From Klebsiella phage vB_KpnS_SXFY507, in sequence record ON045001.1: a stretch of DNA of 53,089 nucleotides; one strand, given 5' to 3'. A program made the position numbers and the translations under genes. Below the pieces are notes generated by a model. The model was not told the DNA's origin. It did no database searches and was given only the letters and a program-made list of their open reading frames with translations. Positions 8,783 through 18,648 of the stretch are shown here, piece by piece. Position 1 is the first letter of the stretch. Every line of letters starts with the position of its first letter.

Positions 8783-9007
8783 ATGTCCGAGTATTCAAAG
8801 ATTGAAGATATGCCGATTGGCGCAACCCTAAAGGGTATTAACATGAGAGAGTCAGTCGATACAATGACGCCGCTAGCCTTTCCGGTAACTCAGGTCGAAA
8901 CCGATAGCGAAAAGGGTTTCATCTTTATCTATAAAAATTTTAATAGCCCGCTCCGTGTTGAGGTGTTCGTTGCTCGCGGGACGTGGGTAGAATGGGAGAA
9001 GGTTTAA
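8783..9007 (+). CDS. hypothetical small protein
   Basis: 74-aa ORF. Confidence 0.5.
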   Translation: MSEYSKIEDMPIGATLKGINMRESVDTMTPLAFPVTQVETDSEKGFIFIYKNFNSPLRVEVFVARGTWVEWEKV

Positions 9008-9240
9008 TGTTCGGCTTGAGCGAAGGGCATTACAACATCGTTAAGCAGGCGGCGCGCCGTTGCGCCGAGGATATCAAAACCACAATCAAGCGTGATAAGG
9101 CGACTTACGATCAGGTGGCGGCGGGCAAGATCTCGGAGCACCACGAAAAGGTAAGTACGCTCGTTTCTCGCGGGCAGTTCATTTGGTTAATCGGCTACCT
9201 GCAAGGCCGATTCGGTTCAACTAATGCGGAGTATGAATAA
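9007..9240 (+). CDS. hypothetical small protein (MFGLSEGHYNIVKQAARRC...)
   Basis: ORF 8983..9240 with the start trimmed. Confidence 0.55.
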   Translation: MFGLSEGHYNIVKQAARRCAEDIKTTIKRDKATYDQVAAGKISEHHEKVSTLVSRGQFIWLIGYLQGRFGSTNAEYE

Positions 9241-9437
9241 TGAGCTTTCCAGTTAAGGGCGGCGCAATCGTCGCGAAGAGCAGCAGCGCAGAATTCACGG
9301 CGGGTTGCGAGTATCAGATCGAGAAGGTTAGCAGGTGGCGCGGCTTGACGATGGTCAAAGTGTACAACGACAACGGCGACCCGGTAAGCATCGAATACCC
9401 GCATGATAAAGATTTTGGTATTTTCGAAACGGTTTAG
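9240..9437 (+). CDS. small protein, possible family member (FTAGCEYQIEKV)
   Basis: 65-aa ORF coupled to the upstream gene. Confidence 0.55.
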   Translation: MSFPVKGGAIVAKSSSAEFTAGCEYQIEKVSRWRGLTMVKVYNDNGDPVSIEYPHDKDFGIFETV

Positions 9438-9466
9438 TTGACATGTCGCGCTGACCGGGTTACTAT
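9438..9466 (+). promoter_or_regulatory. sigma70-like promoter TTGACA-N17-TACTAT
   Basis: consensus -35, 17-bp spacing, in the intergenic gap upstream of 9544. Confidence 0.65.
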
Positions 9467-9543
9467 CTCAACCGTAAACACAAGAGGCGCTATATATGCG
9501 CAACGTTTGCCCCGCTTAGGGGCATTTATTCGGAGGCTGAAGC

Positions 9544-9729
9544 ATGAAGTACGATGTTATGCTGCAATCTCGAAAGATGGGAGGATTCTGTAAAAGTTGC
9601 GTGCAAAATCATTCCTTTGAAGTAGAAGCAAACAGCAACGAGGAAGCGGTAAGCAAGGCGAAAGAGGCATCCGGCCTTAACCTTGACTACTACAAAATCA
9701 ATATTCTCTATGTAAGGATCTCAAAATGA
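9544..9729 (+). CDS. hypothetical small protein
   Basis: 61-aa ORF. Confidence 0.5.
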   Translation: MKYDVMLQSRKMGGFCKSCVQNHSFEVEANSNEEAVSKAKEASGLNLDYYKINILYVRISK

Positions 9730-10028
9730 CAGCATTACTTTTTGTTTTATTCTTCCTGGTATCATTCCTTATCGGCTCGGCGGCAACCTTCTTTGTTGTT
9801 GCGCTGGTTATCCGCGAAGATGTTAAAAATGGTGAGGGCGTATTCGTCACCTATCGCGAAAAAGATGATCGTTGGCTGGTATTTGGTGATGTAGATGAAA
9901 CAATCAACAAAATGCGAAATCACTTCCGCGAGCCTGAAGTTTTCAACAAGGCGCGTCTTGATAAGCTGGAGGCCGAAAGCAAGGCCAAGCGAAAGGCAGC
10001 TAAAGCGCGCCGATGGTATCGCAAGTAA
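9726..10028 (+). CDS. membrane protein with one N-terminal TM helix
   Basis: ALLFVLFFLVSFLIGSAATFFVVALVI followed by a basic tail. Confidence 0.6.
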   Translation: MTALLFVLFFLVSFLIGSAATFFVVALVIREDVKNGEGVFVTYREKDDRWLVFGDVDETINKMRNHFREPEVFNKARLDKLEAESKAKRKAAKARRWYRK

Positions 10029-10033
10029 AATTT

Positions 10034-10056
10034 AACCCGCTTCGGCGGGTTTTTTT
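10034..10056 (+). terminator. rho-independent terminator
   Basis: AACCCGC-TTC-GGCGGGTTTTTTT. Confidence 0.85.
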
Positions 10057-10111
10057 GCGCCTGCAATATGGTACAATCGCGGAACCAGTCATAAGAGAAA
10101 AGGTGATTTAA

Positions 10112-10633
10112 ATGGCTAAGCAACCAAAAGTGAACATTTCCCACTATGAAGGGAACTTTAAGGAATTGTACAACAAGCGTTATGGCGATATCGTTTCGCG
10201 ATCCCGAACCTATACGCCGGAGCAGGTTTTCGATCTGGCGGTTCGGTACTTTACCTGGGCGGAGCAAAACGCAATCACGGCGGCGGAGTCGGCAAGCTTC
10301 CAGGGCGAGGTTGAGCAAACGGAAATATATAAGCCGCGAGTTTTCACCATCAAGGGCTTGCGTCTGTTTTGTTCGTTCAGCGAGGCGGTGTTAATCAAGT
10401 GGCGGCGCGAAGAGGGCTACGCTGAAGTGATGGAGTTTATTGATTCTGTCATTGATGAGCAGAAATTCCAGCTTGCGGCGAACGGCGTTATTAATGCTTC
10501 CTTTATCGGTAAGGATTTGGGGATCGATAAGCCTGCTACAATCAACGTTGAAACAACGGCGGCTTCCTCTTCCAGCAACACAACTGAATTGATGATGAAG
10601 GATGCGGTAAACAGCATTCTTGATAATCTGTAA
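10112..10633 (+). CDS. probable terminase small subunit
   Basis: 173-aa acidic DNA-packaging-like protein directly upstream of the large terminase. Confidence 0.7.
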   Translation: MAKQPKVNISHYEGNFKELYNKRYGDIVSRSRTYTPEQVFDLAVRYFTWAEQNAITAAESASFQGEVEQTEIYKPRVFTIKGLRLFCSFSEAVLIKWRREEGYAEVMEFIDSVIDEQKFQLAANGVINASFIGKDLGIDKPATINVETTAASSSSNTTELMMKDAVNSILDNL

Positions 10634-10642
10634 GGGGGTAAC

Positions 10643-12214
10643 ATGCTTTTATGGGAAGATCTCAATAACGAGCAAAAGCTGGCGATAAAGGAGCTAAGTA
10701 AAACGAATTTCGAAATGATGATTCGAATTTGGTTCCAGCTTATCCAGGCGCAGAAGTTTCAGCCTAACTGGCATCACCGCTACCTTTGTCATGAGGTGGA
10801 GGAAATCATTGCAGGCCGTCGCCGGGATACGATATTTAACGTCACTCCCGGCTCAGGTAAAACAGAGGTGTTCTCTATTCACCTCCCGGTTTACGCGATG
10901 ATTAACCTTGCTAAGATGCGTAACTTGAACGTGTCATTCTCAGACAGCCTCGTTAAGCGTAACAGCAAGCGAGTGCGCGAGATTATCAGCAGCAAGGAGT
11001 TTCAGGAGCTATGGCCCTGCAAGTTCGGAACCAGCAAGGATGATGAAATCCAGGTTTTAAACTCATTCGGCAAGGTGTGGTTCGAGCTTATATCCAAGGC
11101 GGCGGGCGGTCAGATTACTGGCTCGCGTGGCGGGTACATGACGGACGGGTTTAGCGGGATGGTCATGCTTGACGATATAGACAAGCCTGACGATATGTTT
11201 TCTAAGGTCAAGCGTGAAAAGGTGCATACGCTACTGAAGAACACAATCCGATCCCGACGCATGAAGGATGACACGCCGATAATCGCCATCCAGCAGAGGC
11301 TACACTCTCAGGACTCAACCTGGTTTATGATGAACGGCGGCATGGGGATAACGTTCGATAAGATCTCAATCCCGGCCCTGGTAACTGAGGAATACGGGAA
11401 ATCGCTTCCTGACTGGTTACAACCGATATTCGAGAAGGATGTTTTATCGTCTGAGTTCGTGGAGATTGACGGCGTTAAGCATTATTCGTTTTGGCCCGCT
11501 AAGGAATCGGTTCACGATCTTATGGCGTTGCGAGAGGCGGATTACTACACGTTTCAATCTCAGTATCAACAAGATCCGATCACGCTGGGCGGGAACGTGT
11601 TCAACTCGGATTGGTGGCGCTACTACGGAAGCGGGCCGGATGCAGATATGCCGCATCCTGAAAAGTTTGATTACCGTTTCATCACGGCGGACACGGCGCA
11701 AAAGACAGGTGAACTAAACGACTTCAGCGTTGTGATAGAGTGGGGAAGAAAGGGAGATAACATTTTCTTTATCGATGGGGTTCGCGGCAAGTGGGAGGCT
11801 CCCGATCTGGCTATCCAGTTCGAGGCATTCACAAAGAGAGCCTGGAGGAAGAATAAAGCGCTTGGCGTGCTTCGCAAGATATATGTTGAGGATAAGGCGT
11901 CCGGTACGGGATTGATTCAGGACGTGGGGAAAAGAACGCCAATCAGTATAACCGCATTGCAGCGAAATAAGGACAAGGTTACAAGGGCGATGGATGCGCA
12001 ACCAGTGATAAAGGCGGGCCGTGTTTACCTACCTGAAGAACATGATATGCTTGTTGAATTCATTGCAGAGCATAGTTCTTTCACGTATGATGATACGCAC
12101 AAGCATGATGATATTTGTGATAACACCTTTGATGCAGTAACCGAAGAATTGCTTATGTCAGACGACCCGATCGAGCGCATGAAGCGTTTAGCGGGATTAT
12201 CCAAGCGGGGTTAA
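10643..12214 (+). CDS. terL: terminase large subunit
   Basis: Walker-A-like VTPGSGKTE, Walker-B-like MVMLDDIDKPD, nuclease-domain YRFITADTAQKTG and YVEDKASGTGLIQ. Confidence 0.92.
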   Translation: MLLWEDLNNEQKLAIKELSKTNFEMMIRIWFQLIQAQKFQPNWHHRYLCHEVEEIIAGRRRDTIFNVTPGSGKTEVFSIHLPVYAMINLAKMRNLNVSFSDSLVKRNSKRVREIISSKEFQELWPCKFGTSKDDEIQVLNSFGKVWFELISKAAGGQITGSRGGYMTDGFSGMVMLDDIDKPDDMFSKVKREKVHTLLKNTIRSRRMKDDTPIIAIQQRLHSQDSTWFMMNGGMGITFDKISIPALVTEEYGKSLPDWLQPIFEKDVLSSEFVEIDGVKHYSFWPAKESVHDLMALREADYYTFQSQYQQDPITLGGNVFNSDWWRYYGSGPDADMPHPEKFDYRFITADTAQKTGELNDFSVVIEWGRKGDNIFFIDGVRGKWEAPDLAIQFEAFTKRAWRKNKALGVLRKIYVEDKASGTGLIQDVGKRTPISITALQRNKDKVTRAMDAQPVIKAGRVYLPEEHDMLVEFIAEHSSFTYDDTHKHDDICDNTFDAVTEELLMSDDPIERMKRLAGLSKRG

Positions 12215-12244
12215 TCCCCGCTTTACCCACTGGAGTTTATAATT

Positions 12245-13537
12245 ATGTCAAAGATCGTTAAGATTAAAACGGATGGATACAACGATGTATTCAATCGTGA
12301 TTGCGGGGCGGAGATCTCATCCCAAACTATGGGGAATGCGATTAGCTCAAGTATGCAGGGAACTATCGTTGCATTCTATTACGAAGATGCTATGGCGCGC
12401 CGAATTGTTGATGTAATCCCGGAGGAGATGGTTGCCCCAGGGTTTACCCTCAACGGCGTAAAAGATGATGGCGCTTTTCAGTCACTATGGGATAGCACGA
12501 AGGCAGAAGAGCTAATTACTGATGCGCTTTGCTGGTCGCGACTGTTCGGCGGTTCCGGCATCATGGTCCTGGTGAATGACGGGCGAACGCTTCGGACTGC
12601 GGTTAAACCTGAAGGTAACACGCTGGAATCCATTCGCGTATACGATCGCCACCAGATCACGATTGACACATACGAGAACAACCCGCGAAACCCTCGCTTC
12701 GGTCTTCCTAAGACCTACCGAATCAAGCCGGGAAACTCGCTAAAAGAATTTGTTGTACACCATACGCGAATTCACATCATCGACGGCGAGCGAATCCCTA
12801 ATGCCGTCCGAGATGAAAATAAGGGCTGGGGCGTTACCGTTCTTAACCCTAAGCTGGTTCACGCGATCCAGGATTACAACAAGTGCGAAGACCTAGCGAC
12901 GCAGTTACTACGCAGAAAACAACAAGCCGTATGGAAGGCTAAAGGGCTTGCGGAACTATGCGACGATAACGAAGGGATGTACGCCGCGCGGTTGCGCTTG
13001 GCTCAGGTTGATGATAACTCGGGCGTCGGAAACACGATCGGGATTGATGAAGAGTTTGAAGATTACATTGTTCTAAACTCTGATATTTCCGGCGTACCGG
13101 AATTCATTCAGCAGAAGATCGATCGCATCGTCTCTTATTCCGGCATTCATGAAATAATCCTGAAGAACAAAAACACGGGCGGGGTTAGCTCAAGCCAAAA
13201 CACAGCATTGCAGACTTTCTATAAACTCATTGACAGAAAGCGCAACGAGGACTATAAGCCGATCCTTGAATTCCTGCTTCCTTTCATGTTGAATGAAAAG
13301 GAATGGAGCGTTGAATTCGAGCCGTTGTCGATCCCGTCAGATAAAGAGAAGTCTGAGATCATGAAGGCCAACGCCGAGGCGGTAGGCTCTTTGGTTGACA
13401 AGCAGATCATAGACGACAAAGAGGCGCGCGACACGCTGGAATCCCTCAACATCGGCCTGAAGCTGAAGGTTGGCGGGGCGAAACTACCCAAGCGCAAAGA
13501 GGTGAAAGAAGAGGTGAAGAATGAAGATAAGCGCTAA
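12245..13537 (+). CDS. portal protein, DUF1073-like
   Basis: ARRIVDVIPEEMVAPGFTL motif and position after the terminase. Confidence 0.88.
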   Translation: MSKIVKIKTDGYNDVFNRDCGAEISSQTMGNAISSSMQGTIVAFYYEDAMARRIVDVIPEEMVAPGFTLNGVKDDGAFQSLWDSTKAEELITDALCWSRLFGGSGIMVLVNDGRTLRTAVKPEGNTLESIRVYDRHQITIDTYENNPRNPRFGLPKTYRIKPGNSLKEFVVHHTRIHIIDGERIPNAVRDENKGWGVTVLNPKLVHAIQDYNKCEDLATQLLRRKQQAVWKAKGLAELCDDNEGMYAARLRLAQVDDNSGVGNTIGIDEEFEDYIVLNSDISGVPEFIQQKIDRIVSYSGIHEIILKNKNTGGVSSSQNTALQTFYKLIDRKRNEDYKPILEFLLPFMLNEKEWSVEFEPLSIPSDKEKSEIMKANAEAVGSLVDKQIIDDKEARDTLESLNIGLKLKVGGAKLPKRKEVKEEVKNEDKR

Positions 13538-14291
13538 AATCCCGGCATGGCGCTATCCTGAAGCAAGCGAGCGGGCATTGTCCCGCCGCTTACAAGAGGC
13601 AGCCCGCGATCTTGTTGTTGAGATGCGGGATCGCCTGGATAGCCTGAAGTTTGACGCAACCAACGAGGAGATCGAAGAGGCAGAGGCCGACATTGAAGAA
13701 AGAGCCTTCGAAATCTTTATGGCTGTTATTGCTGGCCTGGCGGCGGTAGGGCTGACGGTGTACCGCTTCAACTCTCAGCAGTGGTTAGCTATTGCCCTGG
13801 CGGCTGGTGGCAAGGATAACCCGGCGATAATGACCCTGAAGCAAAACGGGCCTATCGGCGCGGAGCCGTGGTATCAGGAGAAGTTAGACCAATGGCAAGG
13901 CGTAGCAACAACCAGTGCAAGAAAGCTTGCTAACGATATCGTCTCTGACTGGTCAATCAAGGTTAAGGCCGCGAATGCCAAGGGGGCAAGTCGGGAAGTG
14001 ATCGACGAAATAATCGAAGAGCGTTACGCCATTTATGGGAGCTGGTCAAAGAATCGTGCATCGGGTATAATTGGCACGTTTAGCAGTATGCTAATGATGC
14101 AAAGGCTTGTTGACGCGAAAGTTTCGCATTACTTTTGGTTTGGCGTGATGGACGATCGCGAAAGGGAATCTCACGTTAAACTTGAGGGGGCGCGCCGACC
14201 AGTCAACGGGAAGGGGATATTCCCCGGCGAAGAATACGGTTGCAGGTGCTGGGCTGTACCGGACTTTAAAAACATAGAGGTAAGGCAATGA
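13521..14291 (+). CDS. head morphogenesis / minor capsid protein (Mu gpF-like)
   Basis: C-terminal RESHVKLEGARRPVNGKGIFPGEEYGCRCWAVP signature. Confidence 0.85.
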   Translation: MKISAKIPAWRYPEASERALSRRLQEAARDLVVEMRDRLDSLKFDATNEEIEEAEADIEERAFEIFMAVIAGLAAVGLTVYRFNSQQWLAIALAAGGKDNPAIMTLKQNGPIGAEPWYQEKLDQWQGVATTSARKLANDIVSDWSIKVKAANAKGASREVIDEIIEERYAIYGSWSKNRASGIIGTFSSMLMMQRLVDAKVSHYFWFGVMDDRERESHVKLEGARRPVNGKGIFPGEEYGCRCWAVPDFKNIEVRQ

Positions 14292-15421
14292 AAAAGGTTC
14301 AAAGGTTTGATGTTGCGCGGGTTAAGGCCCGCTTTGATGAGAATGGTTTTCTGGTTGACACTCCGATCGTGGCGCGCATCGGTGCGCAGACATACCAGAC
14401 GCCGAAGGGGCCGCGCGTTGAATTCCGTCCGGCCTCCGAGGTGTTCGATAGCGAGTCTCTCGAATCGTTTCGCGGGAAGCCGATCACGTTAGGTCACACG
14501 ATGGTTAACGCCAAGAACGCAAAGAGCCTGGTTGTCGGCTCATGCTCCGGCGCTGGCAAGCGCGATCATGACGGCGTTGGTGTACTCGCTCCCGTAACTG
14601 TTTATGACGAACATTCGATCGGACAGGCAAAGAAGAAGATCGCGGCGGAATTATCGGTTGGTTACACTTCGGTTGATATCGATCGCAAGGGTTGGGGCAA
14701 TAACGCCACTGGTGAATATTACTTTGATGAAGATTTGCCGGAAAACTTCGACGAGCTAAAACAAGATGCTGCGGATGATTGGGTTAGGTTTGACGCCGTT
14801 CAAACTTGCATTAGGGTTAATCATATCGCGTTAGTATTTAAAGGCCGCGCCGGAATTGCTAAATTAAACCTTGACAGTGAGCAAGAGTTTCCTTACTCTA
14901 ACCACGTCAACAACAAAGAGGAAAAAACTATGATTATCAAACTTGACGGCGTAGAAGTTGAAGTTTCCGAACAGGTCGGAGCGCATATCGCCAAACTCGA
15001 CACGCAGATCGCCACCGCCGCGACGGCGAGCCAGAATACGATTGCAACCTTAACCGCAGAGCGTGATCAGCTTCAGGTTAAAGTTGACGGCATCCCGGCA
15101 GCAATTGAAGCCGCCGTTACCGCCGCGAAAGAAGATGCAAAAGCACTTTCCGATCTGGTTGCTATCGTTGGCGGCGCTGGCATTAAGACCGATGGCCTGA
15201 GTGCCAAAGAGCTTAAGATCGCCTACGTTAAAGAGGTGGCAAAGATTGACGTTTCTGATAAAGATGACGTTTACATTGATGCATCCTTTGACGTCGCGCA
15301 AAAATCTGATAATATGGCACAGCAGCGTTTAGACGCAGCAGGCCGAGCGCAGGAAGGTTCCAGCAAGGGAAAAGAAGACGCTGACGAAATCCCCGATCCT
15401 CAAGCGCGCTTTCGCAAATAA
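14288..15421 (+). CDS. DUF2213 protein, putative prohead protease/scaffold
   Basis: ARIGAQTYQTPKG...FRGKPITLGHTMVNAKN N-terminus and coiled-coil C-terminus before the capsid genes. Confidence 0.82.
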   Translation: MKKVQRFDVARVKARFDENGFLVDTPIVARIGAQTYQTPKGPRVEFRPASEVFDSESLESFRGKPITLGHTMVNAKNAKSLVVGSCSGAGKRDHDGVGVLAPVTVYDEHSIGQAKKKIAAELSVGYTSVDIDRKGWGNNATGEYYFDEDLPENFDELKQDAADDWVRFDAVQTCIRVNHIALVFKGRAGIAKLNLDSEQEFPYSNHVNNKEEKTMIIKLDGVEVEVSEQVGAHIAKLDTQIATAATASQNTIATLTAERDQLQVKVDGIPAAIEAAVTAAKEDAKALSDLVAIVGGAGIKTDGLSAKELKIAYVKEVAKIDVSDKDDVYIDASFDVAQKSDNMAQQRLDAAGRAQEGSSKGKEDADEIPDPQARFRK

Positions 15422-15476
15422 GCAATCATTGCGCCCCAAGGGGCGCTAATTAAAATCTGAAGAAGGAAATTAAATT

Positions 15477-15986
15477 ATGTCTCTCATTCGTGCATCTTAT
15501 ACGGTTCATCGCGGCCAGGCTTACGCAGGTCAGATTGCTGACACATCGCTTTATAACATTGACGGCGCGTGTGTAGCATCCGCCAAGTTCGCGATCGGCA
15601 AGCTGGTTTGTGTCGAGCAGGTTCAATCAGTTGAAGGCCATAAGGTTGTTTCAGTAGCAAAAGACGCTACTAAGCCAATTTTAGGCGTTGCGGTAATGTC
15701 TCATGCTTACTCCCCGACTGGCGAATATGAGGAAGGCGTTGCAGTTAACGTAATGACTCACGGGCGCGTTTGGGCGCTGGTAAAAGCTGACGGCTTTATT
15801 GATGCGGATGCTGGTTTTGATAAGGCTGTATCATTCAACGCTGAAGGCGTTATTGATAAGGCTGGCACCATCAAGACCGGGTATACCTTCACTGGCGAAG
15901 TGCTTCCGACTACTGACGCGAAATATAAAATCGCGAAAATCCAGCTAATCCAATCAGCCAAGGCACCTGCCGCAACTGATGGCTAA
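15477..15986 (+). CDS. head decoration / structural protein
   Basis: position between the scaffold and major capsid genes; beta-rich composition. Confidence 0.65.
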   Translation: MSLIRASYTVHRGQAYAGQIADTSLYNIDGACVASAKFAIGKLVCVEQVQSVEGHKVVSVAKDATKPILGVAVMSHAYSPTGEYEEGVAVNVMTHGRVWALVKADGFIDADAGFDKAVSFNAEGVIDKAGTIKTGYTFTGEVLPTTDAKYKIAKIQLIQSAKAPAATDG

Positions 15987-16030
15987 TTGTGGTGGTGGAA
16001 TTAATTTTCCACCATAACACATAAAACCTT

Positions 16031-16058
16031 TTGACCGATTAACAAAAAGTGCTATTAT
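16031..16058 (+). promoter_or_regulatory. sigma70-like promoter TTGACC-N16-TATTAT upstream of the capsid gene, overlapped by a TAACA-N5-TGCTA box (16040-16054)
   Basis: direct sequence match; the box is inverted relative to the early promoters and overlaps the spacer and -10. Confidence 0.65.
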
Positions 16059-16107
16059 GAAGCCGTGTTTAACTATACGGCTTTTCAAATCCAAAAAGGA
16101 AAAAATC

Positions 16108-17052
16108 ATGACCATGAAACTTGACGCATTCGAACAGAATCACATCACTCAGTGCTTGCAGCGAATGGGCGTAGCATCGGACAAGGCCGATCAGATGGGT
16201 ATCTGGACTGTACAGCAGCTTAAGCAGACCCTGAAGCGCCAGTATGAAGCAATGTACCCTGAAACCTCGGCTCTGGCCTTGTTCCCGGTTACTACCGAAC
16301 TGGCACCGACAACCAACGTTTTCGAATACATGACATTCGACGGCGTGGCGATGGCTAAAATCATTGCCGACTATACCGACGACCTGCCGACCGTTGAGGC
16401 AATGTCTGGTACTGAAACTGGCAAGGTGCATCGCTTCGGTAACGCCTGGTTGATCTCTATTGACGAAATCAAAACTGGTGCAGCTATGGGTAACAGCCTT
16501 AGCGACCGTAAAGCTACGCTGGCGCGTGAAGCGCATGAAACCCTGCTTAACAAGCTGGTGTTTAAAGGCTCCAAGCCTCACAAGATCGTTTCAATTTTCA
16601 ACCATCCGAACATTACGAAAATCACCTCCAAGGGCTGGACTACAGACCCGAAAGTAGCAGAAGATGAGATGATGGATTTGATCGAGAAAATCGAAACTAT
16701 CACCAACGGCCTTCACAAAGTAACCAACATTGTGATCCCGCCGTCTAAGCGTCGCCTGCTGGCTAAGCGTATGCCGGATACTACCATGACTTACCTTGAC
16801 TGGTTCAAGACTCAGAACAACGGCATTACCTTTGAGTCTATCGCAGAACTGGAAGACGTGGACGGCACAGGCACCAGAGCGGTACTGGCTTATGAGAAGT
16901 CGCCGATGAACATGAGCATTGAGATCCCGGAAGCGTTTAACATGCTGCCGATGCAGCCTAAAGATCTGCATTTCAAAGTTCCTTGCACCTCCAAAGCAAC
17001 GGGCCTTATCATTTATCGCCCACTGACTATTGCAATGCTGGTCGGCGTGTAA
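16108..17052 (+). CDS. major capsid protein (DUF2184-like)
   Basis: ORF 16057..17052 with the start trimmed; TNVFEYMTFDGVAMAKII... and genome position. Confidence 0.82.
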   Translation: MTMKLDAFEQNHITQCLQRMGVASDKADQMGIWTVQQLKQTLKRQYEAMYPETSALALFPVTTELAPTTNVFEYMTFDGVAMAKIIADYTDDLPTVEAMSGTETGKVHRFGNAWLISIDEIKTGAAMGNSLSDRKATLAREAHETLLNKLVFKGSKPHKIVSIFNHPNITKITSKGWTTDPKVAEDEMMDLIEKIETITNGLHKVTNIVIPPSKRRLLAKRMPDTTMTYLDWFKTQNNGITFESIAELEDVDGTGTRAVLAYEKSPMNMSIEIPEAFNMLPMQPKDLHFKVPCTSKATGLIIYRPLTIAMLVGV

Positions 17053-17115
17053 TACACTACAGGCACTTACTTAGTAAGTGCCTTTTTTCAAACGTAAATT
17101 TAAGGAATCATCAAA

Positions 17116-17382
17116 ATGGCTAAAGCAACCGCAGCAATCACTCTCGTTAACATCGGCCTTTGCATCATTCGAATCGCAAAAGAAGACCTGGCCCCCGGCG
17201 CTGAATTTGAAGTTTCGCCGGAGTTCCTGCAAACTCAAGCAGCGAAGAACCTTTTCGTTAGTAAGCAGGTTGAATTCCTTGATGACAGCAAGCGAACAAA
17301 AGCATTCATTGCCGACATTAAGCAGAAAAAAGTAAAAGAGCTAACCAAAGAACAGCTTGAAGACGGCGGCGAAATCAAATAA
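17116..17382 (+). CDS. small structural / hypothetical head protein
   Basis: 88-aa ORF after the capsid gene with AAGGA upstream. Confidence 0.6.
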   Translation: MAKATAAITLVNIGLCIIRIAKEDLAPGAEFEVSPEFLQTQAAKNLFVSKQVEFLDDSKRTKAFIADIKQKKVKELTKEQLEDGGEIK

Positions 17383-17387
17383 CATTT

Positions 17388-17415
17388 AGGGACTCTATAA
17401 AGAGTCCCTTTTTTA
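17388..17415 (+). terminator. rho-independent terminator
   Basis: AGGGACTC-TATAAA-GAGTCCCTTTTTT. Confidence 0.85.
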
Positions 17416-17433
17416 TTACCTGGAGAAAATACC

Positions 17434-17847
17434 ATGAATCAAGAAGAAGAGTTTGAGAAAGCGTATCAGTTTATGATCGCGCTAGTCCCGGCGCTTAAGC
17501 GGGTGGATAAAGATCAGGTTATGGCCTTCGTCCTGCTGGCTAGCGACTTCGTTTGCAAGTCTAAGTTTGGCGATCGCTATCACCGGGCACTTGCTCTCTA
17601 CACGCTGCACTCTATGTTTTTGGATGGAGCGCTTAAAGAAGAGAGCGAAGGCATAGAGGAATACTCGCGGAGAATTGCATCATTTACGCTGACTGGTGAA
17701 TTTAGTCAGACATTCGCGGCGGTTTCCGAGGGGGCGGGCAATCTAATAACCTCAACACCTTGGGGCAAACAGTACCGAACCTTACTCATGAAGTGCGGCG
17801 GCGGCTTCGGCCTCATTGCCGGAATTCGTCCGAGGTGCCAACGATGA
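17434..17847 (+). CDS. head-tail adaptor (DUF4054-like)
   Basis: LASDFVCKSKFGDRYHRALALYTLHSM signature and position. Confidence 0.8.
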   Translation: MNQEEEFEKAYQFMIALVPALKRVDKDQVMAFVLLASDFVCKSKFGDRYHRALALYTLHSMFLDGALKEESEGIEEYSRRIASFTLTGEFSQTFAAVSEGAGNLITSTPWGKQYRTLLMKCGGGFGLIAGIRPRCQR

Positions 17848-18218
17848 ACTATGCTAAAATACAAAGAATGGCAACAAAGGGAATCAACTTCTTCAGTGAT
17901 GAAGATGGGGTTTTCGATCTGATTATCTCAGGCGGCGGCGACGCCGAATTTATCGACGGAAAGATCGTTGAAAAGCCGGAGGTAAGAGCCAAGATTAAAG
18001 GCGCGGTTCGAGACGTAAAAGATCGAGACATTAACGGGGAGACAATCCTTGCGGGCGATAAGCGAGGATTCTTTACTCATGACGTGCCTATTGAGCAGGG
18101 GATGACCGTTATTATCGACGGCGAGCATTACCGGGTAGTTAATGCTAGACCAGTCAGGCCAACGAAAACGGTTGTTGCTTACCGCCCAATACTTCGGAGG
18201 GTTGCGGTAATTGGCTAA
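17844..18218 (+). CDS. putative head-closure / neck protein
   Basis: coupled ATGA start; position between the adaptor and gp10-like gene. Confidence 0.6.
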   Translation: MNYAKIQRMATKGINFFSDEDGVFDLIISGGGDAEFIDGKIVEKPEVRAKIKGAVRDVKDRDINGETILAGDKRGFFTHDVPIEQGMTVIIDGEHYRVVNARPVRPTKTVVAYRPILRRVAVIG

Positions 18219-18648
18219 CTACACGATAAACGAATTCCACGGAGCCATTGATAATTGGATTAACGCCGCAGGGAAGGGGCTAGAGGACGTTGTAAGGTTC
18301 ACCTCCGAGGAAATCCTTAAGGATTTAGTTAACGGCTCTCCGGTCGATACAGGTCGATTTAAGGGAAACTGGCAAATAACTTTTAACCAGGCTCCCCTAT
18401 ACGCTCTCAACCGATACGACCGCGAAGGTGGCAGCACCATAGCGGAAGGAAACGCCGAGATCGCGAGGTTCGGTAAAGGGGTTGGCATTACAACGATATG
18501 GTTTAGTAACATGCTGATTTACGCAAACGCTCTCGAATATGGACACTCACAGCAAGCGCCTAACGGCGTTATGGGGATTGTAGCCCTTCGCCTGGGCGTG
18601 TACGTAACCAATGCAATAAAAAAAGCGAGGGCTGAAAATGCACTATGA
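18211..18648 (+). CDS. HK97 gp10-like neck / tail-completion protein
   Basis: SPVDTGRFKGNWQI...ANALEYGHSQQAPNGVMG. Confidence 0.82.
   Translation: MANYTINEFHGAIDNWINAAGKGLEDVVRFTSEEILKDLVNGSPVDTGRFKGNWQITFNQAPLYALNRYDREGGSTIAEGNAEIARFGKGVGITTIWFSNMLIYANALEYGHSQQAPNGVMGIVALRLGVYVTNAIKKARAENAL

Noticed and set aside
12245-13537. Reading the DUF1073-like gene as an anti-CBASS nuclease (Acb1)
   Set aside because: Family names in databases link the two, but gene order and the portal-like sequence between terminase and head morphogenesis genes support a portal protein.
17078-17335. ORF MPFFKRKFKESSKW...
   Set aside because: Almost entirely overlaps 17116..17382, which has the better ribosome site and composition.
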